Source: a virus (lineage: Duplodnaviria; Caudoviricetes). Taken from it: a stretch of 41,001 nucleotides of DNA. Position 1 is the first letter of the stretch. Each line of letters starts with the position of its first letter. Positions 15,686-26,224 of this stretch are shown in pieces. The notes under the pieces were generated by a model. The model was not told where the DNA came from, ran no database searches, and worked only from the letters and a program-made list of their open reading frames with translations. A program made the translations under genes and the position numbers. The stretch covers positions 1-41,001 of the IMG/VR virus record IMGVR_UViG_3300012942_001467; one strand, written 5' to 3'.

Positions 15686-17502
15686 AGCATGAGGCTCGCG
15701 TTATCGAATTTGACTGTGCCGCCGGTCATTACCTTGTCCACGTGCAGCCGCAACGCCACCTTCGTCGAGTCGACCGGTGTTTCGACGTTGCCGGCGATCT
15801 TGCGCCACGGCACCGCGCCGGCCGGTCCGCTGATCGAGGCGACCAGATAGGCGTGGGTGGGGTTGGTGTGCTGGTCGTAGAACTGCGCGACGAGCTGAAC
15901 CGCGACGGCCGAGCTGGACGCGCACACAGCACCAACGCACTTGACGTCGACGGCGAGCGGGAAAATCTGGAACGGCTCGACCCCGTATGCCTGCGTGACA
16001 ATGTCGTGGTCGGTGCCGTCGGCTGTGATCGTGGCGCAACCCAACGCGCCGTTGCCGTCGGTGCCCGACCACGCCCAGCCCGGCCCGGTCGGTGTCCAGC
16101 CGTTCAGGTTGTTGTCGAACCCGCTGTTGACGACGATGTTCGTTGACCCGTCGGGGTAGACAATCGGGTCGTAGTTGAATGCGCCTTCAGCCTTGAGCGC
16201 GAGCTGGGTGACACCCTTGGTGACGTCGTCGGAAATCGAGATGATCTTGTGCTCTTGGGAAATGAACCCGACCCACGGCATGTAGCCGGACACGATGATC
16301 GTGTCGCCGACGTCGTACGAGCCGCGCGGCGCGTTCGGGTGATCGGGGTTGATCGTGATCGTTTCCCAGTACGGCGGGGTCTGCCGGCGCGCGAGACGGC
16401 GGTGCGCCCAGGCGGCCGCGCGCTCGTTGGAATCGATCATGGCGTCGTCTTCGGACAGGTAGCGGCGCAACCGGTCAGGGTCGGCGTTCGACAACTCCGA
16501 GCTGTACTGGACGCCGGGAAACCAGCCCGTGACGCCGACGTCGGTGATGTAGTCGGTTTGGGTTTCGGTGTGCGGCTTGGCTGACAGCACGTTCTCGTTC
16601 AGCACGAACGCGAGGTTTTCCTGAATCACGCCCAGCCGCGGATAGCCGAGCTGGAAGGTCTTCTTGACGTTGGTACGGTCGGCATTCCATTCGGAAATCT
16701 CGCGGTAGTCGAACGGCACGTCACGGGCGAGCGCGTTGATGTAGTCGCCGCAGTCGAGTTTGTCGGTGGCGCGCACGAACAGCGCAAAGAAGTTCAGGTT
16801 CAACAGGTCACCGTTGAACGCATAGCCGGCCAGCATTTCCACGCCGGATTCTTGCGGGGTGACGGTCACGTCGAGGTTGCCGTTCGGGAAGTCTTCTTGC
16901 AGATGCCGCCAGATTTCGACGACCGGCCAAAAGGCGTCGACGTCGATCTTCGTGATGTCTTCCAGCCACGGGATTCCCTTCGGGTAGGCGGCGAAGCCCT
17001 TGCACTTGACGTGCAAAATGCCCGTGTTCTCGTCGATGTCGGACGGCTGGACGATGCCCGTGCACCAGATGCGGCGCTTGCCGAGCATCACCTTTTCGAT
17101 GTGCACGTACTGGCCGTACGACTTGAGGTCGAGGCCGTAGCTCGATGGGTCGTTTGGGTCGACGTCGAACGAAATGTCGCACCCGTCGGAAAGGTTGCGC
17201 TGAATCACCAGGTTCGTGACGTCGAGGTCGTAGGTCAAGATTTCGCCCGGGCCGCCGTCGGCGCCGCCCCGGGCGGCCTGAACGCAGACCCGCCAGTTGT
17301 CGTCGGGCGGCAAGAACACACCGTTTTCTGCCTTAGGGCGCGTGACCCGCCAGCGCCAGCCGGCGGCCGCGGCCGCGCGGCGCTCCCGGTTCGCGACCGC
17401 CACAGCCAGCCATGCGGCGGCCGCGGCCGTGCGCGCGTTGTGCGGGCGCACCGCGACCGGCGAGCCGGTCCACACGTAGCCGGCCGCCGTGCTGGCCACC
17501 AT
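15682..17502 (-). CDS. Minor tail (baseplate hub/Tal-like) protein with C-terminal CBM-like domain
   Basis: Position after the Dit-like gene; NIVVNSGFDNNLNGW CBM-like start. Confidence 0.75.
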   Translation of the reverse strand: MVASTAAGYVWTGSPVAVRPHNARTAAAAAWLAVAVANRERRAAAAAGWRWRVTRPKAENGVFLPPDDNWRVCVQAARGGADGGPGEILTYDLDVTNLVIQRNLSDGCDISFDVDPNDPSSYGLDLKSYGQYVHIEKVMLGKRRIWCTGIVQPSDIDENTGILHVKCKGFAAYPKGIPWLEDITKIDVDAFWPVVEIWRHLQEDFPNGNLDVTVTPQESGVEMLAGYAFNGDLLNLNFFALFVRATDKLDCGDYINALARDVPFDYREISEWNADRTNVKKTFQLGYPRLGVIQENLAFVLNENVLSAKPHTETQTDYITDVGVTGWFPGVQYSSELSNADPDRLRRYLSEDDAMIDSNERAAAWAHRRLARRQTPPYWETITINPDHPNAPRGSYDVGDTIIVSGYMPWVGFISQEHKIISISDDVTKGVTQLALKAEGAFNYDPIVYPDGSTNIVVNSGFDNNLNGWTPTGPGWAWSGTDGNGALGCATITADGTDHDIVTQAYGVEPFQIFPLAVDVKCVGAVCASSSAVAVQLVAQFYDQHTNPTHAYLVASISGPAGAVPWRKIAGNVETPVDSTKVALRLHVDKVMTGGTVKFDNASLML

Positions 17503-17504
17503 CG

Positions 17505-17873
17505 CTAGGCTGCGGCCCCCGTGACCGTGAACGTTTCGAGCGTGAGTTGCCCGTTCGAATCGAACGTCAGGTCACCGGTCAGCGGAAAGTTGCCGTACCA
17601 CGTGCCTGATCCGCTGGTATCCGACCAGGCCGACACGTAGGGCGCGAGGCCGTTCGGGGTGCCGCCGCTGAACTGGACGGGCGCGGCCAGGTCGAAGCCG
17701 CCGGCGGCGTCGACGACCGTCCACACCGGGGTTTGCATCGGGGCGCTGGACTTGTTGGCCGCCCCGCCGACACCCGGGTTGCCGGTGTGCAGTTGCAAGC
17801 CCTTGATCGCTGAGCGGGTCGCGTTGCCTTGTACAGCGAGCAGTGCGTCGCTGAAACCGTCCCCAGAAGCCAT
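17505..17873 (-). CDS. Minor tail protein
   Basis: LQLHTGNPG motif common in actinophage tail proteins. Confidence 0.7.
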   Translation of the reverse strand: MASGDGFSDALLAVQGNATRSAIKGLQLHTGNPGVGGAANKSSAPMQTPVWTVVDAAGGFDLAAPVQFSGGTPNGLAPYVSAWSDTSGSGTWYGNFPLTGDLTFDSNGQLTLETFTVTGAAA

Positions 17874-17894
17874 AACGGTCACTCCCCTAACAGG

Positions 17895-18752
17895 TCAAAT
17901 GGTGTTGAACGTGTTGTGCCACAGCACATAACACTTGCTATCGCTGGTAGTGGCATCAGCCGACCATGACATCGGTATCGGCGTGTTCTTCGGCAAGATG
18001 AGTTGATCGAGGTACTTCGTCTCGCCGATGAGCTTGTTGCGCCAATTCACGCTGTTGCTGTCGATGATTCGCCGCGACCACGGGTACGAGCTGACTTCGA
18101 CCACGACGCCGGCGGCGATGTCCATGCCGAGCTGTATGTCGTTATTGCCGAGCACCGCAACAGGATTCGACATGGGACCGTAGAACAGCACACGGAACCA
18201 TGCGTTCTGTTCGCCGCCGATCGTGTAGTCAACCGGGTCGGCGCCTTGTGCCAGCTCGACGAATGTCTCGGTTTCTTCGTACGTCAGCGCGTCCATACGC
18301 CGAAACTCCGCGGTCACCTTGCGGTACTGGCTGGTCTTCGTCTTCGGCGTGTACTGGAACTTGCCGGGCCGGCCCCAGATGATTTTCGTCAGGCCGTAGC
18401 CGTCGCGGAAATACAGCGGCTTGTACTGGCCCCACTGCTGTTTGATGTCGTCGGCGAACCACTCATCTTGCAACGCGCCCAACAGCTTTGACGCTTTGTC
18501 GACCAGATCGACCGGCAGGCTGTTCGGCATGTTACGCATCGGCGCGTTGTCCTTCACACCGATCGTCAGCGTCACCGGCTGCGCGAGTCGGGTGTCTTTC
18601 GACATCGTTGTCGTGTCGCTGTTCGGTATCTGCGAATCCTTCGCGTTGACCGTGTAACCCGCGATGTTCGTGCCCAAGATTTCATACTGGGTGTTGGGGC
18701 CCAACACGATGTTGCCGATCTGCCACTGGTAGCGGCGCAGATTGTTCGACAT
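17895..18752 (-). CDS. Distal tail (Dit-like) protein
   Basis: First gene after the tape measure, coupled by TGATG; start MSNNLRR. Confidence 0.75.
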   Translation of the reverse strand: MSNNLRRYQWQIGNIVLGPNTQYEILGTNIAGYTVNAKDSQIPNSDTTTMSKDTRLAQPVTLTIGVKDNAPMRNMPNSLPVDLVDKASKLLGALQDEWFADDIKQQWGQYKPLYFRDGYGLTKIIWGRPGKFQYTPKTKTSQYRKVTAEFRRMDALTYEETETFVELAQGADPVDYTIGGEQNAWFRVLFYGPMSNPVAVLGNNDIQLGMDIAAGVVVEVSSYPWSRRIIDSNSVNWRNKLIGETKYLDQLILPKNTPIPMSWSADATTSDSKCYVLWHNTFNTI

Positions 18753-21700
18753 CAGAAGTTCGCCGCCGACATCGCGCCCGTTCCTCCCCCGCTGAACCCG
18801 CCGGTGCTGACCATCCACATGCTTTCGTTCAGAAGCGACGCGGCCGACTGTCCCGGGCCCGCATAGATGTTGAACTCGGTGTTGTTCTGCGGGTTCGGAT
18901 TCTGGCCGCTGCCATAGTCATACGTTTGGTTCAGGAACGACGGCACGTTCATGACGTCCTTGTTCTCGGGGTTGTCGGCGCTGTAGGCGATGAGCTGTCC
19001 GGTGTTCTTGTTCAACTCCATGTGCACATCACCCATCAGCGGTGTGCCGGCCAGACCGGTCAACTGGGTGACGAACCGCCCAACGTATGTGCCGATGATG
19101 TGATACACCTCTTGGCCGAAATCGATTGCGGCGTTGATGCCTTGCAGCGCGCTACCGATCAGCGACGCGATCTGGCCGGCCGCGCCGAGGGCGGCCGCAG
19201 CACCTTCAGCGCCGCCGCTGGGGTCCGAACCCGATCCGGCGCCGACGAACCCGGCGATCGTCGACAACACCGCGCCGGTGGCGTTGGCGACGTCGGCGGC
19301 GAACGCGATGTACTTCTGCACATCGTCGATGAACTTCATGATGTCTTCGCTGTTGCGGACGCCGTAGACGGCGCGGTCGGCGATGTCTTGGGTCGCGGTG
19401 AGCGCGTCCAGGCCGCCTTGGATCGCCTGAATGATGCTCGACGCGATGTTGCTCGCACCTTGGGCGACCGAGCTGAACACCTGAACAGGCCCTTGGCCTT
19501 GGGTGAAGCCGTTTTGCTGCGCGATCTGGTTTTGCACGTTCTGCAATGCGTCGATGGCGTTCTTGTTGCCGACCGCATCTTGCGCCTTGAGCCCGTTGAT
19601 CGTCGTCGTGATGTTGTTGAGCGTCGACAACACGGTCGAGTCGTTGGCGCCCGGCGTCTTGGCGGCGTCGATCTGCGCGGCCAGCGCCGGGTTGCCCTGC
19701 AAATACGCCTGCAACAGTTGGTCGTTCACCGTCGCCGACTTGCCGGTGTTGTCCTTAATCAGCCCGAGCGCGTTCGCGACGTCGGGGTAGCCGGCCGCCA
19801 GCGCGGCCGCCTGCTGCGGGCTCGGCGTGGCGCCCGGCGCCAGCGGCAAGTTCGTCATCGAACCCGGCGGCACCTGGCCGTTGAACAGCACGGGCACGTC
19901 GGTCGCCCAGTGCACATGGTCGGTGTGGTCGGCATACGAGCCACCCGCGGTCGTGTAGTACTGGTTGCGGCCGAGAATCTGGCCGCCAGCGATGCCGAGC
20001 TGTTCGCCGGTCTGCGGGTTCTGCCAGATCGCTTGCAACGTCTGCGACGCGAGGTTCGCGCGAATGAAGTTGGCGAACCGCTGCATGTTTTCCACCGAGC
20101 CGCTGAAATCGAACGCCCACGAACCCATTTGGCCTTCGCCGCCGTGCAACGTGGTGTCGGCGTGATCGCTCGCTGTCAGCCCGAACGCGGCCGCGAGCTG
20201 GCTCACCCACGCCGGCGCGCCGGCCATGCTGCCCGGCTCCTGCTTGGTGAACAGCGGCGCGATGCCGGCTGCGCGCATGGTTGCCGGCGTGTAGTTGGCG
20301 TTAGCGCCGCCGAGAGTGCCCGCACGTGACGCGGGGTTGGCGCTGATGCTCGGTGGGGCGCCCGGGCCGGTGGGGTGCGCGTACTGCAACGTGCCGTCGG
20401 GGCCGACGATGACCGGGGCGCCGCCGACGGTGTTCAGGCCGCCGTTGGGGTTCTTAATCACCGCCCCGTAGGCGCGCGCACCCGGGGCTGGCGCGGCCGG
20501 AACACCTGCTGGCGGCGTGATCGGTGCTGCCCCTGGGGTTGATACGCCGCCGCCGGTGATGGCCTGCCAGTCGGGGCCCTTCACGCCCGGCCCGAGGGTC
20601 TGCAAGATGCTGCCCGCGAGCCCGATCTGTCGTTGCACGTCGCGCATGTACTGCGAGCCCTGCGCGCCCGCACCTAGTTGCGGGTTCTGTGTGAGCACCG
20701 CGGCCAGCAGCGGATCGGTCGGGTTCTTGGCGAGCTGCGCGGCGAAGGCGTCGTAGAACTTGTTGATGGCGTAGTTCGGGTCGGTGACCTGTTCCCGTGT
20801 GCCCCAGCCTGAGCTCGGCGACTGCTGGTACAAGCCCAGAACCTCGCCCGCTGATCCCTGCACGCCGCCGGAAATCGTTGGGTTGAAGCCGCTTTCGGCG
20901 GCGGCGACGGCCAGCGCGGTTTGGATCGCGGCATCATTCATTCCGCGCGCCCGGCCGGCGGCGATGATGGCCTTCTGAATGTCCTCTTTGCTGGACGCCG
21001 CGGAAACGCCGAGGGGGATGTTCGGGTCGTTCAGATGTGCGGCGTCGCCGGTGCCTAACACCTGGCCCCATGTCGGCCCCTGCTTTTGGCCTTGCAGCGC
21101 CTTGCGTTGCAATTCCTGCATCGCTTGCTCGGTCTGCTGCTGCGGTGTCATCTTGCGCCAGGTCCGGTCGCCCAGCGTGGCGCTGAGCGCGGGGATTTTC
21201 CCGAGCAGCGAAAGCGTCTGCGTCAACGGGGTGACAAGGTGCTGGGTCACCAGGTTCAGCCCGTTCTGCGCGGCCGTGAGCAGCTTGCCCATGTCGGCCG
21301 CCAGCCCGGCCAGGCCGCGGTTCTTCGGGAACTCGTGCGACAGGTAGCGGTCGAGAATGCTGGTGTCTGCCCGGGCGATCCACGGCGGCAACAGCGACCC
21401 GCCTTCGGTGCCGGCGCCGCCGGCGGCCGGCGCGCCGGCCCGGCCGACCATGCCGCTCGCCGCGGCCGCGCCCCCACCGGCACCCGAGCTGAGCGCCCGA
21501 CTGGCCGCCGCCGCGGTCGACTTCGCGGCCGCTTCGATCGCCGGCTGTGCGCGGGCCATGCCGTCGGCCATGTCGGTGACCATCTTCTGGCCGCGAATCA
21601 GGGTGTAGCCCGAGCCTGAGAACGGGCCCACCTTGGCCGGCGACGACTGGAACCACTTCGCGATGCTGCCGACCAGGCCGCCGGTGGCGCCGTCGAGCAG

Positions 21701-23953
21701 CCCGAGCACACCGGCCGACGTCATGCCCTTGATGAGCCCGGTGACCAGAGACTTGCCCCACTCTTCGGCCTTGGCGGGTAAGTCCTTGCCGAGCTTGTTT
21801 TCCAGCGCGTCCAGCACCGCGTTGCCGACCTTGATGATTCCGTTCGCCAACGTCGCCAACGCCTGCTCAGATTTGTCGCCGCCCTGAATCAACAGGGTGA
21901 TGATCGACACGAAGTCGCGGACGAACCCAATGATCGTCGGCATCAGCGGCGCCAGGTCGCGAATCGCCTGCGTGACCGCGGCGAACAGCGACGGTAGTTG
22001 CGGCCCAACGGATTCGACAAGGCTGATGAACAGCGCAACAAGTTGCGGTATCTGCGGAGCAAGCTGCGACATCGCGTCGGCGAGGTCTTGGAAAATCTTC
22101 GGCAGCTGCGGGCCGACCGTCTGAATCAGTTGCCGGAACACATCGGTCATCGACCCGATGAACTGGTTGATCGCCGGACCCATGCCGACAATCGCCGGCC
22201 CGAGGTCGTTTTGCATCTCGTAGGCGAACGTCTTGAAGAATTCCAGCCACGCTGGCGCGATACCGATACCGAGCTGGGTGAACGCCGAGCCGATCGACAC
22301 GATGCCGTTGAGCAGCGGGCCCAGGATCGGCAAGAAGGCGTCGGTGGCCTGGCGCAGCGTCGTGAAGAAATCGGTCAGCGCCTTTTGGCCGGCCGCGCTT
22401 TGCGTCCACGTGTTGAGCTGTTGGCCGAGCTTGTCGATCCACGCCAAAAGCCCGCCGCCGCCGAATCTTTCGGCGATGTCCATGATGTGGTTGAACGCGG
22501 CGCCGAACGAGTACAGCGCGTTAATCAGGTGGAAGATGCCGTTGACGCCTTCGATGATGAAGCGATGCAACTCACCGGAGGCGGCAGCCTTCGACACGAC
22601 CTGGTCGAAGAAGTTGAACATGGTCGTGATCTGGCCGCCGATCGCCTGGAATGTCGACGAGCCGACGACAGCGAGTTGGGTGAAGATGTCGAGTATCGGC
22701 TTCATGGCCGGCGCCATCGCCTGCAAGCCCTTGCTGATGTTGTCGATGAACGCGGCGAACGCCTGCATCATCTGCGGTTGCATCAGCAGCTTGGCGAACT
22801 GGTCGGCCATGCCGCCGAGCACGCCGGCGACCTTGCTGCCGCCGGCGACCAGCGCCGGTAGCCAGGTCTGGATCAGCGGTTGAATGTCGGCGTTGATCTG
22901 GTTGAAGAACGACGTCTGAACCGCCGCACCGCCGAGCTTGAACTGGTCGCGGAACTGGGCGACTTGAAGCATCGCGTGCGCCGCCGCCGGCGCCATGTCC
23001 TTGAGGTCGTCGAGGAACTTCTTCGGATCGTCGGCCATCATGTCTTTGAGCGCGTCGCCGACGCCGTGCAACGCGATCTTCATGGTGCCCATCACGACGC
23101 CGACGCCGCCGGCCGCGGCCGGCAACAACGCGAGTGCACCCGAGAGTTGGCGCACCGCGTCAGCGACTTCGACGATGCCTTGCAGGCCGGCCGCCCCGCC
23201 GATCGCGCCCAGGCCACCGAGCGCGGGCAGCCCCAGCGATAGGCCGCTGATCTTGCCGAACGCGACTTCAAAGCCGCCCAGCTCGCGTATGAAGTTGCGG
23301 ACGTGGCTGCCGCCGGCACTCGCGCTGGTGCTGAACTTGTCGACGCCCTTGGCGGCCAGCTCGAAACCGCCGGCCACCGCCGCAGCTTCGGGCCCCAGCT
23401 TGGACATCACCGACGCCACACCAGTCAGGCCCCGAGCCAACCCCGTCGTCTTGCGTTCGGCGTCTGCGGAAACCGTGGCGAGCCGGTCGATGCGGCGTTC
23501 AAGGTTGGGCAGAATGCCCGACATCGCCTGCATGACGCGCTGGCCGACCGACATCTCGTTGCTCAGCGCCCGATGTGCGTCGCGTTCGGCGTTGGTGGCT
23601 TCGACGTGACGTTTCTTCGCATCCCCGAGCCGGTCGTGGGCGGCCTTGACGTCATCTATCGTCGATCCGCTGTCGAGAAGTGTTCTCTTGTAGTCCTTTT
23701 CGGCTTTGTCGACGTCTGCGCTGGCCTTGCGTACATCTTCAAGACGCTTGGCGTAGCCGTCGGCGGCCGTGCCTGATGAGCCGAACTGCTTGTCGGACTC
23801 GCGCAGCGACTTGGTGGTCGAATCGTTCTGTTCTTCGAGCCGCTGGCTCGCGCCGGTGGCCGCGTCGAGGTCGACGATCGCTTGCCGGACTTCGCTGCCG
23901 TCGTAGTCGATTTCGAGCTTGCCGCGCGCGGTCCCGAGGTTGTAGTCGGTCAC
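18752..23953 (-). CDS. Tape measure protein with embedded cell-wall hydrolase-like domains
   Basis: 1733 aa, amphipathic helical repeats, AESGFNP..GLYQQ..WG lysozyme-like motif, H..AFD..DHTDHVH motif. Confidence 0.95.
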   Translation of the reverse strand: MTDYNLGTARGKLEIDYDGSEVRQAIVDLDAATGASQRLEEQNDSTTKSLRESDKQFGSSGTAADGYAKRLEDVRKASADVDKAEKDYKRTLLDSGSTIDDVKAAHDRLGDAKKRHVEATNAERDAHRALSNEMSVGQRVMQAMSGILPNLERRIDRLATVSADAERKTTGLARGLTGVASVMSKLGPEAAAVAGGFELAAKGVDKFSTSASAGGSHVRNFIRELGGFEVAFGKISGLSLGLPALGGLGAIGGAAGLQGIVEVADAVRQLSGALALLPAAAGGVGVVMGTMKIALHGVGDALKDMMADDPKKFLDDLKDMAPAAAHAMLQVAQFRDQFKLGGAAVQTSFFNQINADIQPLIQTWLPALVAGGSKVAGVLGGMADQFAKLLMQPQMMQAFAAFIDNISKGLQAMAPAMKPILDIFTQLAVVGSSTFQAIGGQITTMFNFFDQVVSKAAASGELHRFIIEGVNGIFHLINALYSFGAAFNHIMDIAERFGGGGLLAWIDKLGQQLNTWTQSAAGQKALTDFFTTLRQATDAFLPILGPLLNGIVSIGSAFTQLGIGIAPAWLEFFKTFAYEMQNDLGPAIVGMGPAINQFIGSMTDVFRQLIQTVGPQLPKIFQDLADAMSQLAPQIPQLVALFISLVESVGPQLPSLFAAVTQAIRDLAPLMPTIIGFVRDFVSIITLLIQGGDKSEQALATLANGIIKVGNAVLDALENKLGKDLPAKAEEWGKSLVTGLIKGMTSAGVLGLLDGATGGLVGSIAKWFQSSPAKVGPFSGSGYTLIRGQKMVTDMADGMARAQPAIEAAAKSTAAAASRALSSGAGGGAAAASGMVGRAGAPAAGGAGTEGGSLLPPWIARADTSILDRYLSHEFPKNRGLAGLAADMGKLLTAAQNGLNLVTQHLVTPLTQTLSLLGKIPALSATLGDRTWRKMTPQQQTEQAMQELQRKALQGQKQGPTWGQVLGTGDAAHLNDPNIPLGVSAASSKEDIQKAIIAAGRARGMNDAAIQTALAVAAAESGFNPTISGGVQGSAGEVLGLYQQSPSSGWGTREQVTDPNYAINKFYDAFAAQLAKNPTDPLLAAVLTQNPQLGAGAQGSQYMRDVQRQIGLAGSILQTLGPGVKGPDWQAITGGGVSTPGAAPITPPAGVPAAPAPGARAYGAVIKNPNGGLNTVGGAPVIVGPDGTLQYAHPTGPGAPPSISANPASRAGTLGGANANYTPATMRAAGIAPLFTKQEPGSMAGAPAWVSQLAAAFGLTASDHADTTLHGGEGQMGSWAFDFSGSVENMQRFANFIRANLASQTLQAIWQNPQTGEQLGIAGGQILGRNQYYTTAGGSYADHTDHVHWATDVPVLFNGQVPPGSMTNLPLAPGATPSPQQAAALAAGYPDVANALGLIKDNTGKSATVNDQLLQAYLQGNPALAAQIDAAKTPGANDSTVLSTLNNITTTINGLKAQDAVGNKNAIDALQNVQNQIAQQNGFTQGQGPVQVFSSVAQGASNIASSIIQAIQGGLDALTATQDIADRAVYGVRNSEDIMKFIDDVQKYIAFAADVANATGAVLSTIAGFVGAGSGSDPSGGAEGAAAALGAAGQIASLIGSALQGINAAIDFGQEVYHIIGTYVGRFVTQLTGLAGTPLMGDVHMELNKNTGQLIAYSADNPENKDVMNVPSFLNQTYDYGSGQNPNPQNNTEFNIYAGPGQSAASLLNESMWMVSTGGFSGGGTGAMSAANF

Positions 23954-24322
23954 CAGTCTTCGCCTTCGACCGCCAGCTCGGCGGCGTCATCGTCGGGGCG
24001 TCCTTTGACGCGGCTGCGCGGGCTGGGTGCGTCAAGCGGGTCGGCGAACCCGGTCGTGGAATTCGTCATGTCACCACCCATCAGCCTTTCCCATTCGCGC
24101 ATTCGCTGCGTCTTCGCGATTGCTGGATTGCTTGCTGTGCCGGCCTTTTCGACCCGCACCTTGACGGCCTGCCCAAACGAGGCGATGCCCCGGTCGAAGT
24201 AGAACCGCCCGATCGGGCCGACTGATTCGTCGAGCAACGCGACGTCGCTGGGACGCTGGTTGAACAGCGTCGCCATCTGGTAAATCTCGTACGCGAGCGG
24301 CCTATTCTCTGCGTAGACTTTT
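23950..24322 (-). CDS. Tail assembly chaperone, downstream (frameshift) portion
   Basis: The open frame overlaps the end of the upstream chaperone in the +1 frame and abuts the tape measure. Confidence 0.65.
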
Positions 24323-24997
24323 GAGCGCGGCTTGCTGCGCCTCCTGCGCAGCGGCCTTGAGCTCGTCAGGCATCGCGGCGTCGAAAATGACCCACTTGTC
24401 GGCAAGTTCGATGTCGTCGACGTTGACCTGATCGTCGGTCGTGGGCCCGGCCAGCACGACGGTCGGGCAGACGATCCCCGCGGCCGCGATGCGGTCGAGG
24501 GTGTCGATCACGGGCCCGTTGCGTTCGGGGTCGGTCGCCCAGCTTTCGGCGGCCGCGGCTAGGGCTTCTTCGTCGCCGCCGATGTTCTTCAACAGCTCGG
24601 CGCCGAACGAATCACGCATGTTGAGCACACCGAGCTTGATGACCTGCGTCGTGGAGAGCTGGCGCACCCGCACGAACCCGCCCGACGGTAGTTCGACGTC
24701 GCGCTCGGCGCGGCGGTTGAACCCGTACCGGCGCGGCGCGGCCGGCGCCGGCGGCGGCGGATCGTACGGGGTGTCTTCGCTGTGTTCGTCGTCAATGACA
24801 GAAGCCGCCGGCGCCGACCCATGTTCGGGGTCGGTCGCCGGCGGCTCTGTGATCGGCTCGGCCGCGTGCGGCCCACTATGGCCGAGCGGCAACGAGCACT
24901 TCCAGCCGGGCGGCATCTGGTCGCACGTGGCGGCCGGCGCGGTACGGTTCGCGTCCTTGGCGTTGCGCTTCGGCTGGCTCTTGATGGGTGATGTCAC
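24302..24997 (-). CDS. Tail assembly chaperone
   Basis: Between major tail and tape measure; VELPSG..VRVR, IELADK motifs; RBS AGGAGG. Confidence 0.8.
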   Translation of the reverse strand: MTSPIKSQPKRNAKDANRTAPAATCDQMPPGWKCSLPLGHSGPHAAEPITEPPATDPEHGSAPAASVIDDEHSEDTPYDPPPPAPAAPRRYGFNRRAERDVELPSGGFVRVRQLSTTQVIKLGVLNMRDSFGAELLKNIGGDEEALAAAAESWATDPERNGPVIDTLDRIAAAGIVCPTVVLAGPTTDDQVNVDDIELADKWVIFDAAMPDELKAAAQEAQQAALKSLRRE

Positions 24998-25060
24998 TTC
25001 GGCCTCCTAGGGGCTCGTCTGAAAGTGAAAACCGGTGCCGCGCTGGGCGGCCCCAGCCCG

Positions 25061-25933
25061 CTAGGGGCTGGCTGGGGCGGTGGTCACAGTCACCGGCGAG
25101 CTGTAGTCGCCGGTGGCGCTGTTGAACACGCCGGCCACCCGGAACCAGTACTTCGTGGCCGCCGTCAGGTTGGTCACGGTGGTGCTGTTGGTGGTCGGTG
25201 CGCCGCCGTGCGTCTGGGTCACGGCCGTGTACGTGCTGCCGTCGGTGGAGGACTCGACGACGTAGCTGTCCGCGGTCGGCAAGTCGCCCCACGCGAGCGC
25301 GACACTGGTGTCGGTGACCGCGCCCGGGGTCAGGTTCGACGGGATCGGCAGCGGGTTGGGCACCGGAGTCGAGCCGAGTGTGGTCTTCTGCTCGTTGTAC
25401 TCGATCTCCCACAGGTAGTCGTCGTCGTCGCCGGGCATCGGTGTGCCTTGGAAGTCGATCGACGGGACCATGAAGGTGCCGAACTTCATGTCGGCCTGAA
25501 TCTTGCCGTTGGCCTTGCAGCGGAAGATGCGGCCCACGTTGTCGCCGCCGCCGTTGGACAGCACCTGGCCTTCGACGCGGAAGTAGGGGCGCATGTCCGA
25601 ACCACGCTTGCGCAGAACACGCTTCACGTTCGGCTCGACGCCCGACTCGATGAGCTGGGCGCCGGTGATGAGCGAGAACGTCATGATGTCCAGACCGCCG
25701 GCCTCCAACGATCCGTCGACGGTGGCGCCCTTGCCGGCGATGGCCACAGCCGACTTGTCGTCACCGTTGAGGGTGTCGAAGTCCTCCGATTCGGTGAACG
25801 CCAGCGTCTGCGCCAAAGGCAGCCGGTAGCTGGTGTCGGCCAGAATCGTGCCGTCGACGTCGGTGTAGCCGGTGATCCAAACCCGGTGCAGACCATAAGG
25901 CTTGGTGTCGGGGTTCCCCGGTGATGCAGGCAT
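25061..25933 (-). CDS. Major tail protein with C-terminal FN3 domain
   Basis: PYGL.., tail-tube-like N-domain; PSNL..VTDTSVALAW..NLTAATKYWFRVAG FN3. Confidence 0.85.
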   Translation of the reverse strand: MPASPGNPDTKPYGLHRVWITGYTDVDGTILADTSYRLPLAQTLAFTESEDFDTLNGDDKSAVAIAGKGATVDGSLEAGGLDIMTFSLITGAQLIESGVEPNVKRVLRKRGSDMRPYFRVEGQVLSNGGGDNVGRIFRCKANGKIQADMKFGTFMVPSIDFQGTPMPGDDDDYLWEIEYNEQKTTLGSTPVPNPLPIPSNLTPGAVTDTSVALAWGDLPTADSYVVESSTDGSTYTAVTQTHGGAPTTNSTTVTNLTAATKYWFRVAGVFNSATGDYSSPVTVTTAPASP

Positions 25934-26217
25934 TAGGGGTGTTCCTTTCGGTGAGTCGTTCGGGCTCGCCGGCCTCGTCTATGCGGGATTTCGGACGCGA
26001 GCGCGTCCGCGAACTTCAGCGTTTCCAGCAGTTCGCCATCGAGCGAATACCGGTGTATTGCAACGTATTTGCCGCCGTCAGTGCATTGCCAGTGCGCGCA
26101 CTTGACTTCGATGCGGTTGCCGTCGATGACTTTGAAGTGCAGTTTGCCGCCCGGGCAGCGCGCATCGAGTATCAGCTCGCCCAGCTCGGTTTGCGGGTGC
26201 GAGCCGGGCGCGGCCAT
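25933..26217 (-). CDS. Small Zn-ribbon-like protein (Com-like?)
   Basis: RCPGGKLH..IEVKCAHWQC. Confidence 0.55.
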   Translation of the reverse strand: MAAPGSHPQTELGELILDARCPGGKLHFKVIDGNRIEVKCAHWQCTDGGKYVAIHRYSLDGELLETLKFADALASEIPHRRGRRARTTHRKEHP

Positions 26218-26224
26218 CAGGGTT

